Of a DNA stretch of 64,000 nt, positions 1 through 9,406 are shown in pieces. Within the stretch, counting starts at the first letter, position 1; every line of letters starts with the position of its first letter. This DNA is from Bacteroidales bacterium. GTDB taxonomy: Bacteria; Bacteroidota; Bacteroidia; Bacteroidales; JAFGHD01. Below the pieces are notes generated by a model, which saw nothing but the letters and a program-made list of their open reading frames with translations, did no database searches and was not told where the DNA came from. The stretch spans positions 72,787 through 136,786 of the forward strand of contig JAFGHD010000002.1 in NCBI GenBank assembly GCA_016939365.1, in the 5' to 3' direction. A program made the translations under genes and the position numbers.

Positions 1-775
1 TGATCCCAGGCAGATCCATATAGGCATCCTTCATCCCTCCGCTCCCGTCGGGGATCAGAAGCGTTCCTTTCTCGAGGATCATGTCAAATTTCTCGGGAGC
101 ATATTCATAGAGCCGTTTCATGCCCATCCATACACCTTCACCGGCTCCCAGGGTATCAAGGGCAAGAAATGTGGTTAACAGCCCGCCACCGATCAGGAAC
201 ACGACCTGGATCACATCGGTCCATGCTACCGCGGTCAGCCCACCGTAAATGGAATATACCGCTGCAAACAATGCCAGGCCTGCGATACCTGCCATCAACG
301 GCACGCCCATAATGGTCTTCAGCGCAATGGCCCCAAGGTATAAAACCGATGTCAGATTGACAAAGACATACACCAGCAACCAGAAAACAGCCATGGCGGT
401 TCGAACCCTTCCATCGAAACGGACCTCAAGGAACTGCGGCATGGTATATATCTTTTTCTTCAGGAAAATGGGAAGAAAGAACTTGCCCACAAGGATCAGT
501 GTGACAGCAGCCATCCATTCGTAGGAGGCGATGCCCAGTCCGATGGCATAACCCGATCCGGACATCCCGATCATCTGCTCGGCTGATATGTTGGCGGCGA
601 TCAGGGAGGTTCCAATAGCCCACCAGGGAAGCGCTTTCCCGGCCAGAAAATAATCCTGTGCAGTTCTTCTGGTCCCTTTTTTCCGGCGGGAAACCCAAAG
701 TCCAATACCGATGATCAGAATGCCATACAGGGAAAATACCCCATAATCCACAATCGTAAATGACTGTTCATCCAT
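1..775 (-). CDS. Sodium:solute symporter (SSS/SGLT family), N-terminal part; the gene runs off the left edge of the window
   Basis: My own minus-strand translation from the ATG (CAT at 773-775) gives MDEQSFTIVDYGVFSLYGILIIGIGLWVSRRKKGTRRTAQDYFLAGKALPWWAIGTSLIAANISAEQMIGMSGSGYAIGLGIASYEWMAAVTLILVGKFFLPIFLKKKIYTMPQFLEVRF... This is a typical SSS N-terminus. The frame stays open to position 1. The gene is missing from the ORF track because it is truncated. Confidence 0.8.
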   Translation of the reverse strand, partial: MDEQSFTIVDYGVFSLYGILIIGIGLWVSRRKKGTRRTAQDYFLAGKALPWWAIGTSLIAANISAEQMIGMSGSGYAIGLGIASYEWMAAVTLILVGKFFLPIFLKKKIYTMPQFLEVRFDGRVRTAMAVFWLLVYVFVNLTSVLYLGAIALKTIMGVPLMAGIAGLALFAAVYSIYGGLTAVAWTDVIQVVFLIGGGLLTTFLALDTLGAGEGVWMGMKRLYEYAPEKFDMILEKGTLLIPDGSGGMKDAYMDLPGI

Positions 776-829
776 TTTTTACAGCCCATTATTTGAACCA
801 GCACATGAAATGCCTTTGCAAGTAGTGGG

Positions 830-3160
830 TCACTCCGGAATCCACAGCCTCGCAAAGCGGAGCAGCAGCTGTTTTTGCCCTACGGTCTGGAAAAAAACCA
901 CAGCTTTTTTATTTATACCGCTTCCTTCCACGCTCAGCACCTTGCCCCTGCCAAAACGTTGATGCTCTATCTCGAGCCCCGGTTGGATCCTTTCGATCAT
1001 TTCCGGATCCGCAACGTGTGACTCCCAACCCCGGTCCGTGATCTTTTTCAGCTTTTGTTTTGGTTTCCCTGCAATCTGATTCAGGTGCCTGCCCATTGAA
1101 TTCATTGTCGTGCCTTTTTCCCTGCTCCGGTAAAACGCACCCTGATGATCCAGGAACCGGTCGTCAATTTCGTCAATAAACCTGCTAGGCTCAGACATGA
1201 TCACTTCTCCCCAGCGATAGCGGCTCTCGGCATAGGTAAGCAATAGGCTCTTCTGGGCACGTGTAGTAGCCACATAGAACAACCTCCGTTCCTCCTCAAG
1301 CTCAGACCGGGTATTGAGTGACTGGAAATTTGGGAAAAGATTCTCTTCCAGTCCGACGATCACCACATGCGGAAATTCCAGCCCTTTGGAAGCATGTACC
1401 GTCATCAGGGATACGGTGTCTGAGTCCTGCTTCAGGTTGGTGTCAGCATCGGTGACAAGCGCAATCTCCTGCAGGAACATATCGAGTGTACGTGTTGCGC
1501 TCTCCTCCTGCTCATCCGACACACCGGGAACCATATCATGCTTCCTTTCGGTAAAATCCTTGAGGGCATTCAGGAGTTCTTCCACATTCTCGAAACGGTT
1601 GATACCATCCTGAGTGCCTTCGTTGAACAGTTCTTTCATAATCCCTGATGAACCGGCGATATGCTTTCCAAGCTCGAAGGCATTTTTCGTTTTCAGTTGT
1701 GCATTAAAGCTGCGGATCATGGTCGCAAAATCATGGATGCTCTTTGAAATGGCAGTGCCAGGTTTGAACCGGAAAGTCTCGCAATCTTCCATTACCGCAA
1801 AAAGGGGTACATCATGCTCATCGGCTGCGACCAGGATCTTTTCAACCGTTGTTTTTCCAATTCCACGTGTCGGATAGTTGATGACCCGTAACAGGGCTTC
1901 TTCATCATATATGTTGACGGCCAGTCGGAAATAGGCAAGAATATCCTTTATCTCCTTACGTTGGTAAAACGACAGACCGCCATATATCCGGTAAGGAATG
2001 TTCAGTTTCCGCAACGCTTCCTCTAAGGCTCTTGATTGTGCATTGGTGCGGTAAAGGACGGCAAATGCATGGTTTGGGAGTTGCAGGTTCATCTTTTGCT
2101 CAAAGATGGACTGGGCTACCAGCAAGCCCTCCTCTGTGTCGCTTGCAGCCCTGAACACCCGGATCCGCTGGCCTTCTTCATTTTCCGTCCATATTTCCTT
2201 AAATATCTGCTCCCTGTTGTTTTTGATAATGCTGTTGGCAGCCTGAACGATGATCCGGGTACTCCGGTAATTCTGCTCCAGCTTGAAAACCCTGGCATCG
2301 GGATAATCCTTTTTGAAATTGAGGATATTCTGAATATTCGCACCCCTGAAAGCATAAATACTCTGTGCATCATCTCCCACCACGCAAATGTTCTCATCAT
2401 TGGCAGCCAGCTTTTTCAGGATCATATACTGCGCATGGTTGGTATCCTGATATTCATCCACAAGAATATACCGGAATCGATTCTGGTATTTCACCAGGAG
2501 ATCAGCGTATTCCACCAGCAGTATGTACATATTCAGCAGCAGGTCGTCAAAATCCATGGCAGAAGCTTTCCTGCAACGTTTGTCATACCATTGATAGATT
2601 TCTGCAAACCTGGGTTTGCCCGCGAGCTGATCCTGCACGCGAAGTTCTTCATTATCGAAGTATTCCCGGGCAGTGATCAGGTTGGTTTTGGCACCGGATA
2701 TCCGGCTCAGCACCCAGCCGGGAGCATAGACTTTATCATTCAGGTTCTGTTCCTTGATGATGGACTTGATCAGGCGCTTGCAGTCATCAGTATCATAAAT
2801 AGAAAAATGGGAAGGATATCCGATCCTTGATGCCTCCGTTCTCAATATCCTGGCAAAAATGGAGTGAAATGTGCCCATCCAGACATTTCGTGCCACATCG
2901 CCACCGATCAGTTGCACGATCCGGGTTCTCATTTCTCTGGCAGCCTTGTTGGTGAATGTAAGGGCCAGTACCCGGAAGGGGTCCACACCCAGTCCCAGGA
3001 GATGAGCTACACGGTAAGTGAGGGCCCGGGTCTTCCCTGATCCAGCCCCGGCCAGAACCATTACCGGTCCCTCAACAGCTTCAACAGCCTTCCGCTGTTC
3101 ACCGTTCAAATCCGCGAGAAAATCTTTCACCCTGCGCGATTTGAGCCAAAAATAGGTCAA
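830..3160 (-). CDS. uvrD: ATP-dependent DNA helicase, UvrD/PcrA/Rep family (SF1)
   Basis: 776-aa ORF with Walker A AGAGSGKTRALTYRVAHLL, the motifs VDEYQDTN and QNYRS, and a C-terminal HQRFGRGKV Tudor-like tail. The codon at 3160 is TTG. An alternative GTG at 3130 would give MKDFLADLNGEQRKAV, so the exact start is uncertain. Confidence 0.9.
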   Translation of the reverse strand: MTYFWLKSRRVKDFLADLNGEQRKAVEAVEGPVMVLAGAGSGKTRALTYRVAHLLGLGVDPFRVLALTFTNKAAREMRTRIVQLIGGDVARNVWMGTFHSIFARILRTEASRIGYPSHFSIYDTDDCKRLIKSIIKEQNLNDKVYAPGWVLSRISGAKTNLITAREYFDNEELRVQDQLAGKPRFAEIYQWYDKRCRKASAMDFDDLLLNMYILLVEYADLLVKYQNRFRYILVDEYQDTNHAQYMILKKLAANDENICVVGDDAQSIYAFRGANIQNILNFKKDYPDARVFKLEQNYRSTRIIVQAANSIIKNNREQIFKEIWTENEEGQRIRVFRAASDTEEGLLVAQSIFEQKMNLQLPNHAFAVLYRTNAQSRALEEALRKLNIPYRIYGGLSFYQRKEIKDILAYFRLAVNIYDEEALLRVINYPTRGIGKTTVEKILVAADEHDVPLFAVMEDCETFRFKPGTAISKSIHDFATMIRSFNAQLKTKNAFELGKHIAGSSGIMKELFNEGTQDGINRFENVEELLNALKDFTERKHDMVPGVSDEQEESATRTLDMFLQEIALVTDADTNLKQDSDTVSLMTVHASKGLEFPHVVIVGLEENLFPNFQSLNTRSELEEERRLFYVATTRAQKSLLLTYAESRYRWGEVIMSEPSRFIDEIDDRFLDHQGAFYRSREKGTTMNSMGRHLNQIAGKPKQKLKKITDRGWESHVADPEMIERIQPGLEIEHQRFGRGKVLSVEGSGINKKAVVFFQTVGQKQLLLRFARLWIPE

Positions 3161-3247
3161 TTCTGATTGCTGCCCCTAAAAACGGCAAAGGAAGTAATCA
3201 AAAAGATGTTCACACAGGCAATAAGGTAAATACTGTCAAAGGGATCA

Positions 3248-3682
3248 TTAAAGGGGGAGCTTCTCGGTCTGGAATTTGAGTCCGATGGTATCCTTCATGA
3301 TTACACGGACACTGGTGGGAAGAAAGGACCTCTTGTTAAGGATCGAAATGTAATGGCTGAGCTCAATATCGAAATTCACTTCTTCTCCCGGTTTCATGAT
3401 GGCAGGAAAATGAACGGCAAGACTTCCCTTTTTTACCTGGAATATCCTGGATCTGAAACTGTGGTAAAAACGAAGGTATGGGCGAAGTACACGGATTTGT
3501 TTTTTGCCCGTGTTCAGAATGGTTACCGTCACTTTCCTTTCATTTTCTCCCTTCGGGTCAAGTGTTCCCAATACATTGAGTCTCCTGCCCGGCTTGAAAA
3601 GGAAAGAGATGATGAGCGCAGCGATAACCATTAATGCCAGTGCACCAATGATCAGATATTGAACGATCGAATTCGTTTCCAT
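3248..3682 (-). CDS. Hypothetical membrane-anchored protein (one N-terminal TM helix plus a ~110 aa soluble domain)
   Basis: The internal ATG at 3682 gives METNSIVQYLIIGALALMVIAALIISFLF... (144 aa). The longer 212-aa ORF adds a low-complexity, unlikely N-terminus. I recognise no family. Confidence 0.45.
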   Translation of the reverse strand: METNSIVQYLIIGALALMVIAALIISFLFKPGRRLNVLGTLDPKGENERKVTVTILNTGKKQIRVLRPYLRFYHSFRSRIFQVKKGSLAVHFPAIMKPGEEVNFDIELSHYISILNKRSFLPTSVRVIMKDTIGLKFQTEKLPL

Positions 3683-3919
3683 GGCGGAGGTGATTTTGGA
3701 AGCCGAAATATAGTAATAATCCTCAGAATGACAAATGAAAGGAAAAAAACCGATATAATAATCAACGGCTATCCGCGGTGTAATATTATTTTGGCAGAAG
3801 GAATGCTTCTTAGCACCCTGATACTTTTCAGGAGGGTCTTCCCGGGAATGCTGTACCCGGTAAGACCCGGGCAAGGAGCCGGTCATCCGTTATTCCTGAC
3901 CTGGAACGTTAGATAGCCG

Positions 3920-6121
3920 TTAAGGGAGGCAAAGGATTTTACCGGGCCCTGTTTCCATAATGGAGCCGATAATCCGGGCCTCTTTTCCCATCTTAGTGAG
4001 TTGTTCGAGCAGGTACCTGCTGTCGTTCATGGGAAGGCTGATCAGCAGGCCGCCAGATGTCTGTGCATCGCAAAGTACGATCCGAAGCGATCCGGTGACC
4101 TCTGGATGCCACTCTACTGTGTGTTCGACGAACTCCATGTTCCTGTATGTGCCCCCCGGGACCACACCTTCAGTGGCCAAATCCAGAGCCCGGTCTATTA
4201 TGGGAATACTGCCCGAACGGACCTCTGCGGTCACGTTGCTCGCCCTGACCATTTCCATGAGGTGTCCCATCAGTCCGAATCCGCTAATATCGGTGCATGC
4301 ATGCACTTCCAGATCCTTCATGATCTGTGCGGCTTCACGGTTGAGATCTGACATAATCCGGATGCATTTCGATGATGTTTCACCGTCCAGCAACTCCCTT
4401 TTCATAGCTGTCGTGAGTATACCGGCACCCAGGGGTTTGGTCAGTACCAGTACGTCCCCTTTCAGGGCACCGCTATTTGTAAGTATCCTTCCGGGGTCTG
4501 CCACGCCTGTAACCACCATGCCGAATTTGGGTTCCGGGTCGTCGACTGAATGGCCGCCCAGGATCCAGATTCCCGCCTCACGGGCTTTATCGTGCGCGCC
4601 CTTCAGTATTTCCTTCAATACCTCAATGGGTAATCGTGAATCAGGAAAAGAGACAATGTTCAGAGCATATAACGGATCGGCTCCCATGGCGTAGATATCG
4701 CTGATGGCATTAGCGGCGGCCACGGCACCAAAATGGTATGGATCGTCCACGACAGGGGTGATGAAATCAACGGTCTGTACCACTGCTTTACCTGCAGGGA
4801 TAGTAAAAACCGCAGCATCATCTGATGTACCGGCCCCCACCAGTACAGAAGGATCATCAGGGAGCGGCAGATCGGCCAGTATCTGCTCCAGTTTCTGTGG
4901 CCTGATCTTGCATCCACAACCCAACCCCTGTGTGTACCTGGTCAGATGAAATGACCTATGTTGCTGGCCGGGAACGACACCCTCAATCCGGCCCCTGAGC
5001 TTTCGTACCACACCCCCCACGATTTCGGCTGCACTGCGGATATCGTCTACTGTTGTGTTCCTACCCAGGGAGAATCGCACGGCCCCCATGGCCCATTCGT
5101 CCGGCACTCCCATCGCCTCCAGGACGTGGGACTTGTCGACCCGGTCTGCATGACAGGCAGCCCCTGCAGATGCTGCAACATCCGAAGCTTCAGCCAGGAT
5201 CAGGTTGGCTTCAGTTCCCGGAAAGGATATGTTGACGGTATTCGGCAGCCGTTTTTCGGGATGTCCGTTCAGATGGATATCACCCAGCTGCTCCGCCAGG
5301 CTGGAAAAAAAGAGGTCGCGAAGTCGGATGATCCTGTCCTGATCCTCCCTCATCCGGCTCAGGGCCAGTTCCGCCGCCATGCCGAGACCGGCGATCTCGG
5401 GTACATTTTCAGTGCCTGCCCTCATATTCCTTTCATGATCTGCACCATGGATCATCTTCTCAAGGGGTATCCCTGCACGGATATACAATGCACCCACTCC
5501 TTTAGGAGCGTAAAACTTATGTCCTGCAATGGACAGCATATCCACTCCCAGCTCCTTCACATCTACCGGTATCTTGCCGGTGCTTTGGGCTGCATCAGTA
5601 TGAAAGAGTATGCCATGTGCCCGGGCAATGTGCGATATCTCCGGAATGGGCTGGATGGTACCCACCTCGTTATTGGCGTGCATGATGGATATCAGTATGG
5701 TGTCCGGACGAACGGCATGCCGGACATCCTGCGGGTCAACCCACCCATAGCGGTCGACCGGCAGATAGGTGACGCGGATACCTTTTTTCTCCAGGTGACG
5801 ACACACCTCGATCACAGCCGGATGTTCGATCTCGGAAGTAATCATATGCCTTCCTTCCGCTCCCGGTTTCATCATCACTCCCATGATGGCCATATTGTTG
5901 GATTCCGAGCCTCCGCTGGTGAAGATTATTTCCTCCGGCATGCAATTCAACAGGGATGCCAGCTGCGACCTGGCCTTCATGATTGCCTTTTTTGCTTCAG
6001 TGCCGTATTGATGCAGGCTGGAGGGATTCCCGAAATGTTCCTCGAGGTATGGTCTCATGGCTTCAACAACTGCGCGGTCCACCGGAGTCGTGGCATTGTA
6101 ATCCAGGTAAATGGGCTTCAT
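3920..6121 (-). CDS. selD: Fusion protein: NifS/IscS-like PLP-dependent cysteine desulfurase or selenocysteine lyase (N-terminal) joined to selenide,water dikinase SelD (C-terminal)
   Basis: The N-terminal half has KPIYLDYNATTPVD, GNPSSLHQYG and the PLP-lysine motif SIAGHKFYAPKGVGALY. The C-terminal half has the SelD signature LTRYTQGLGCGCKIRPQKLEQIL (Cys-type active site) and a PurM-like body (GGHSVDDPEPKFG, TDISGFGLMGH). I set the start at the ATG at 6121 (MKPIYLDY). The 756-aa track ORF would overlap selU. Confidence 0.85.
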   Translation of the reverse strand: MKPIYLDYNATTPVDRAVVEAMRPYLEEHFGNPSSLHQYGTEAKKAIMKARSQLASLLNCMPEEIIFTSGGSESNNMAIMGVMMKPGAEGRHMITSEIEHPAVIEVCRHLEKKGIRVTYLPVDRYGWVDPQDVRHAVRPDTILISIMHANNEVGTIQPIPEISHIARAHGILFHTDAAQSTGKIPVDVKELGVDMLSIAGHKFYAPKGVGALYIRAGIPLEKMIHGADHERNMRAGTENVPEIAGLGMAAELALSRMREDQDRIIRLRDLFFSSLAEQLGDIHLNGHPEKRLPNTVNISFPGTEANLILAEASDVAASAGAACHADRVDKSHVLEAMGVPDEWAMGAVRFSLGRNTTVDDIRSAAEIVGGVVRKLRGRIEGVVPGQQHRSFHLTRYTQGLGCGCKIRPQKLEQILADLPLPDDPSVLVGAGTSDDAAVFTIPAGKAVVQTVDFITPVVDDPYHFGAVAAANAISDIYAMGADPLYALNIVSFPDSRLPIEVLKEILKGAHDKAREAGIWILGGHSVDDPEPKFGMVVTGVADPGRILTNSGALKGDVLVLTKPLGAGILTTAMKRELLDGETSSKCIRIMSDLNREAAQIMKDLEVHACTDISGFGLMGHLMEMVRASNVTAEVRSGSIPIIDRALDLATEGVVPGGTYRNMEFVEHTVEWHPEVTGSLRIVLCDAQTSGGLLISLPMNDSRYLLEQLTKMGKEARIIGSIMETGPGKILCLP

Positions 6122-6131
6122 GTCTTTCAAT

Positions 6132-7199
6132 TTAAAAACCTGCCTGATCGGCACATTCAACGGCAAGACGGGCAATTGCGACCGGATCATCGTCAGTCAC
6201 AGTCAGTGTTCTTATGCGGTCGATATCTCTTTTGGTGAGACTTTTCTCATAAGCCTTGTCGTAATAACTTAACAGTATCTCCGCAGCACCGGAGTAATCC
6301 CCCTGATCAATAGCTTCCTTAGCGATACATGCCTGTTGATCACCCAGACGATTGACGATACGGTCGATGGCATCAGACAGGCAGGAATGGTCATAGCGGG
6401 CGTATTCGGCAAGTGCTCGTTTCAATCTGTATTCGAAATGGCTGTCAATGACAATGGTATTGGCAGTGCATATTTGCCGGAAAAGAGGATCAGGGATTCC
6501 CACTTTTCCGAGGCTGCGACTCTCATCCTCGATCCATATCCGCCTGGAGGAGTCAAGGGTATACCATATTTCATGAATATCATTTTCATATTGCTCATTG
6601 GTGGGTTGGGTATCCTGTCCCAGATGGCCGAAAACGGAGCCCTTATGGCATGCCAGGGTTTCAAGGTCGATCACTTGTTCATTGAGCTCCTGGAGGGCCT
6701 TTAATACCTCGCTTTTTCCACTGCACGTCATGCCTCCCAGTATCACCAGCCTGCCTGGCGTACCCAGCGACTCACGGATGAACGATCTGTAGGCCTTATA
6801 TCCTCCCTTAAGGATCATGGCCTGGTATCCGGACATGTTGAATAACCACCCCAGCGCCTCACTCCTCATCCCTCCACGCCAGCAATATAACAGAAGACGG
6901 TTATGATGAATGATGCTTTTAAGTGTTTTAACATACCCTGACAGCTTGGGGCCTGTAAGGTCCAGTGCCCTGATCAGCGAAGCATCCCGGCCTGAATGGT
7001 GGTAAAGGGTCCCTACCTCTGCACGTTCCTCGTCTGTGAACAAGGGTATATTGAATGCCCCTGGAACATGCCCCTTCCGGTATTCGGACGGGGAGCGGAC
7101 ATCCACTACCGGAATGGTCTCCTTCAGGTACATGAATTGATCACTTTCTATGTCACGGACAATCATACGTATCTGTTTGGGGAACATATCGGGTTCCAT
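6132..7199 (-). CDS. selU: tRNA 2-selenouridine synthase (SelU/MnmH/YbbB)
   Basis: N-terminal rhodanese domain (VVDVRSPSEYRKGHVPGAFNIPLF, active-site CWRGGMRSE) followed by a P-loop (GGMTCSGKSE). Length is 355 aa. It lies directly upstream of the selD fusion on the same strand. Confidence 0.85.
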   Translation of the reverse strand: MEPDMFPKQIRMIVRDIESDQFMYLKETIPVVDVRSPSEYRKGHVPGAFNIPLFTDEERAEVGTLYHHSGRDASLIRALDLTGPKLSGYVKTLKSIIHHNRLLLYCWRGGMRSEALGWLFNMSGYQAMILKGGYKAYRSFIRESLGTPGRLVILGGMTCSGKSEVLKALQELNEQVIDLETLACHKGSVFGHLGQDTQPTNEQYENDIHEIWYTLDSSRRIWIEDESRSLGKVGIPDPLFRQICTANTIVIDSHFEYRLKRALAEYARYDHSCLSDAIDRIVNRLGDQQACIAKEAIDQGDYSGAAEILLSYYDKAYEKSLTKRDIDRIRTLTVTDDDPVAIARLAVECADQAGF

Positions 7200-7329
7200 G
7201 CCGGATGAAGAATCGAAAAACTCCTGACTGCCTCCATATGGACATCAACGAATAAAACCTCCGTGTAAATATTCCCTGCAACTATAATATCAGATTATCC
7301 TGCCTGACAAATTTAAATAAACAAATGAT

Positions 7330-7337
7330 TATTTTTG
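7330..7337 (+). promoter_or_regulatory. Candidate -7 promoter motif TATTTTTG upstream of the Trx-like T9SS gene
   Basis: Matches TAnnTTTG, 24 nt upstream of the ATG at 7361. Confidence 0.35.
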
Positions 7338-7360
7338 TCTGATTTACAAATCCATTCTAC

Positions 7361-8938
7361 ATGAAAAAACTTCTCCTTTCAACCGGTTTGTGCATGCTGG
7401 TCTGCACTATCGCGCAGACGGTGTGGTCCCAGAATTATGTCAACACACAGCCTGCCGATAAGAACGTTATCCTGGAAGAGTTTACGGGGGTAAAGTGCCC
7501 CAACTGCCCTCAGGGACACCAGATAGCCCAGCAGATCATCCAGAATAATCCCGGCAGGGTTTGGGTGATCGGATTTCATCCTTACAATTCCAGCTACACC
7601 CAACCCTACCCGAACGATCCCGACTTCAGGAGGCATCACCCGGATTCTTTATATATGACTCCCTATTGCGGCACCACCCGGTTCATGCCGAGTGCGTTCA
7701 TCAACAGGAAGATTTACGGGGGAGAGAGGTTGCAGTCACGCACAGTCTGGGCCTCCTATACGACCCAGCATCTGGGCGAACCATCACCCGTCAATGTGGG
7801 TCTGGCAACAGACTATGACAGTATCACCAAACAGCTCGCGATCACGGTGGAGATCTATTACACGGCTACGATGAGTGATCCCAACACGTTGAACTTAGCC
7901 CTTACTGAGAGTGGGCTGATCGCCCAGCAGTCGGGAGGCAGCACGAACTATGTCCATAATCACGTGTTCAGGGAAACATTTACCGCCCAATGGGGTGATC
8001 CGATCACGGAATCCACCGCACAGGGAAGCTTCATTGAGAAGTTCTTCACATATGACAATACCTCTATGGAATATAATATGGAAGAGTGCGAGGTGATCGC
8101 ATATATCGTGAATGCTGCCAGTGAAGAGGTCATGTCCGGGATCGGGGTTCATGTGGGTGAATACACCAGTTTTACCCCTCCCACAGCGCAGTTTACCGTT
8201 GATGACCCGTATGTGCCTACAGGTGGAAGCGCACAGTTTACAGACATGTCCACCGGCGGACCCTCATCCTGGGATTGGACTTTCGAAGGAGGAGACCCTT
8301 CCACCTTCTCCGGCCAGATTCCTCCTGCCATTACCTATAACTCCCCGGGTGAATTTCAGGTGAGTCTGACGGTGACGAATATCAACGGCTCCAACACCGA
8401 AACAAAGGAAGATTTCATTCACGTGGCTGATGCACCGGTAGCCAATTTCAGTTATACCATGACATTCAACCCGGATGAAACGGTGGTCGATTTCACTGAC
8501 CTTTCCACAGGTGATCCTGCCTTATGGGAATGGACATTCGAGGGCGGCACACCTCCCACCTCCCTCCTTCAGAATCCCTCCGGGATCGTCTATACCATAC
8601 CCGGCAATTATAACATCACCCTGACGGTGATCAGCCTGTTTGGCACAGATACCAAAACAGAAGAAATCTGGATCGATGTGATAAGCAGTCTTACAGAAGA
8701 AGAATGGGCCGGGGCAAAGATCTGTCCCAATCCATGCAACGGTGTGTTCCACATTGCACTGCCTGACGGATCCTTAGATCGGGTTCAGATGTGGGACAGT
8801 AAGGGTGTGCTGGCAAAGGATATATCCCATAGGTCACAGTTTGAAGAGCTCATCATCGAGCATCATCAGCCGGGTATTTATTTCCTTAGGATTCACTCCA
8901 CACAAGGAACGATTACAAGGAAACTCGTTATCCAATAG
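7361..8938 (+). CDS. Secreted T9SS cargo protein: Omp28-related thioredoxin-like domain (CPNC motif), two PKD domains and a T9SS C-terminal sorting domain
   Basis: Signal peptide MKKLLLSTGLCMLVCTIAQTVWSQ. The motif EEFTGVKCPNCPQGH is present. Two PKD-like repeats occur (FTDMSTGGPSSWDWTFEGGDPS..., FTDLSTGDPALWEWTFEGGTPP...). The C-terminus KICPNPCNGVFHIALP...GIYFLRIHSTQGTITRKLVIQ is typical of a T9SS CTD. Confidence 0.75.
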   Translation: MKKLLLSTGLCMLVCTIAQTVWSQNYVNTQPADKNVILEEFTGVKCPNCPQGHQIAQQIIQNNPGRVWVIGFHPYNSSYTQPYPNDPDFRRHHPDSLYMTPYCGTTRFMPSAFINRKIYGGERLQSRTVWASYTTQHLGEPSPVNVGLATDYDSITKQLAITVEIYYTATMSDPNTLNLALTESGLIAQQSGGSTNYVHNHVFRETFTAQWGDPITESTAQGSFIEKFFTYDNTSMEYNMEECEVIAYIVNAASEEVMSGIGVHVGEYTSFTPPTAQFTVDDPYVPTGGSAQFTDMSTGGPSSWDWTFEGGDPSTFSGQIPPAITYNSPGEFQVSLTVTNINGSNTETKEDFIHVADAPVANFSYTMTFNPDETVVDFTDLSTGDPALWEWTFEGGTPPTSLLQNPSGIVYTIPGNYNITLTVISLFGTDTKTEEIWIDVISSLTEEEWAGAKICPNPCNGVFHIALPDGSLDRVQMWDSKGVLAKDISHRSQFEELIIEHHQPGIYFLRIHSTQGTITRKLVIQ

Positions 8939-9406
8939 GAACGCGGCTTTTGAATCGGCGCTTATGCCTATTGAAAATCCTTTCAGAATGCACTTGAACT
9001 TCCTGAGCTTTGCCCAATGAATGCCTTTTGCATAGATACAATCCCGATGGATATGAAAGGCGGGAATTCTTCCTGAGTTCGGCAATATAACAGGATAGAA
9101 CGGCGTTGATCTGTTTAAAGCAAATGATGAATTTATTGCTGCCTTACTGGCAGTGAGAAACCAGGGCAGCCACATAACGGCAATGTCATCACCAATACGG
9201 GTCCGTCATAAAACGAACTGCAAACGGGATGATACCCGGTTGGCCTGCCAAACCTTCGGTGATTTCCCGGCACGCAGACGATATGTTGACATCATGTATG
9301 GTATGTTTTCCGGAGATTGTGGTGCAGATAGGATCACTCATAACCTTGAAAAATTGAAGGCTGGCGATTCCGGAAGGGGCAGCCGGGTACCTGAAAATAA
9401 AGGATC

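Noticed and set aside
6122-6190. The longer start (756 aa) for the NifS-SelD fusion.
   Set aside because: It would overlap the selU 3' end by 59 nt. NifS homology begins at MKPIYLDYNATTP, from the ATG at 6121.
4958-6238. A 426-aa ORF on the plus strand, antisense to the NifS-like half of the selD fusion. Other long antisense ORFs lie at 3960-4694, 2036-2830, 12082-12615, 15974-16486, 29795-30367, 37593-38471 and 53983-54705.
   Set aside because: Each lies entirely inside a confidently identified gene on the other strand. Their translations are low-complexity (R/P/G/H/S-rich) with no recognisable motif. Long antisense ORFs are expected by chance in ~50% GC coding DNA.
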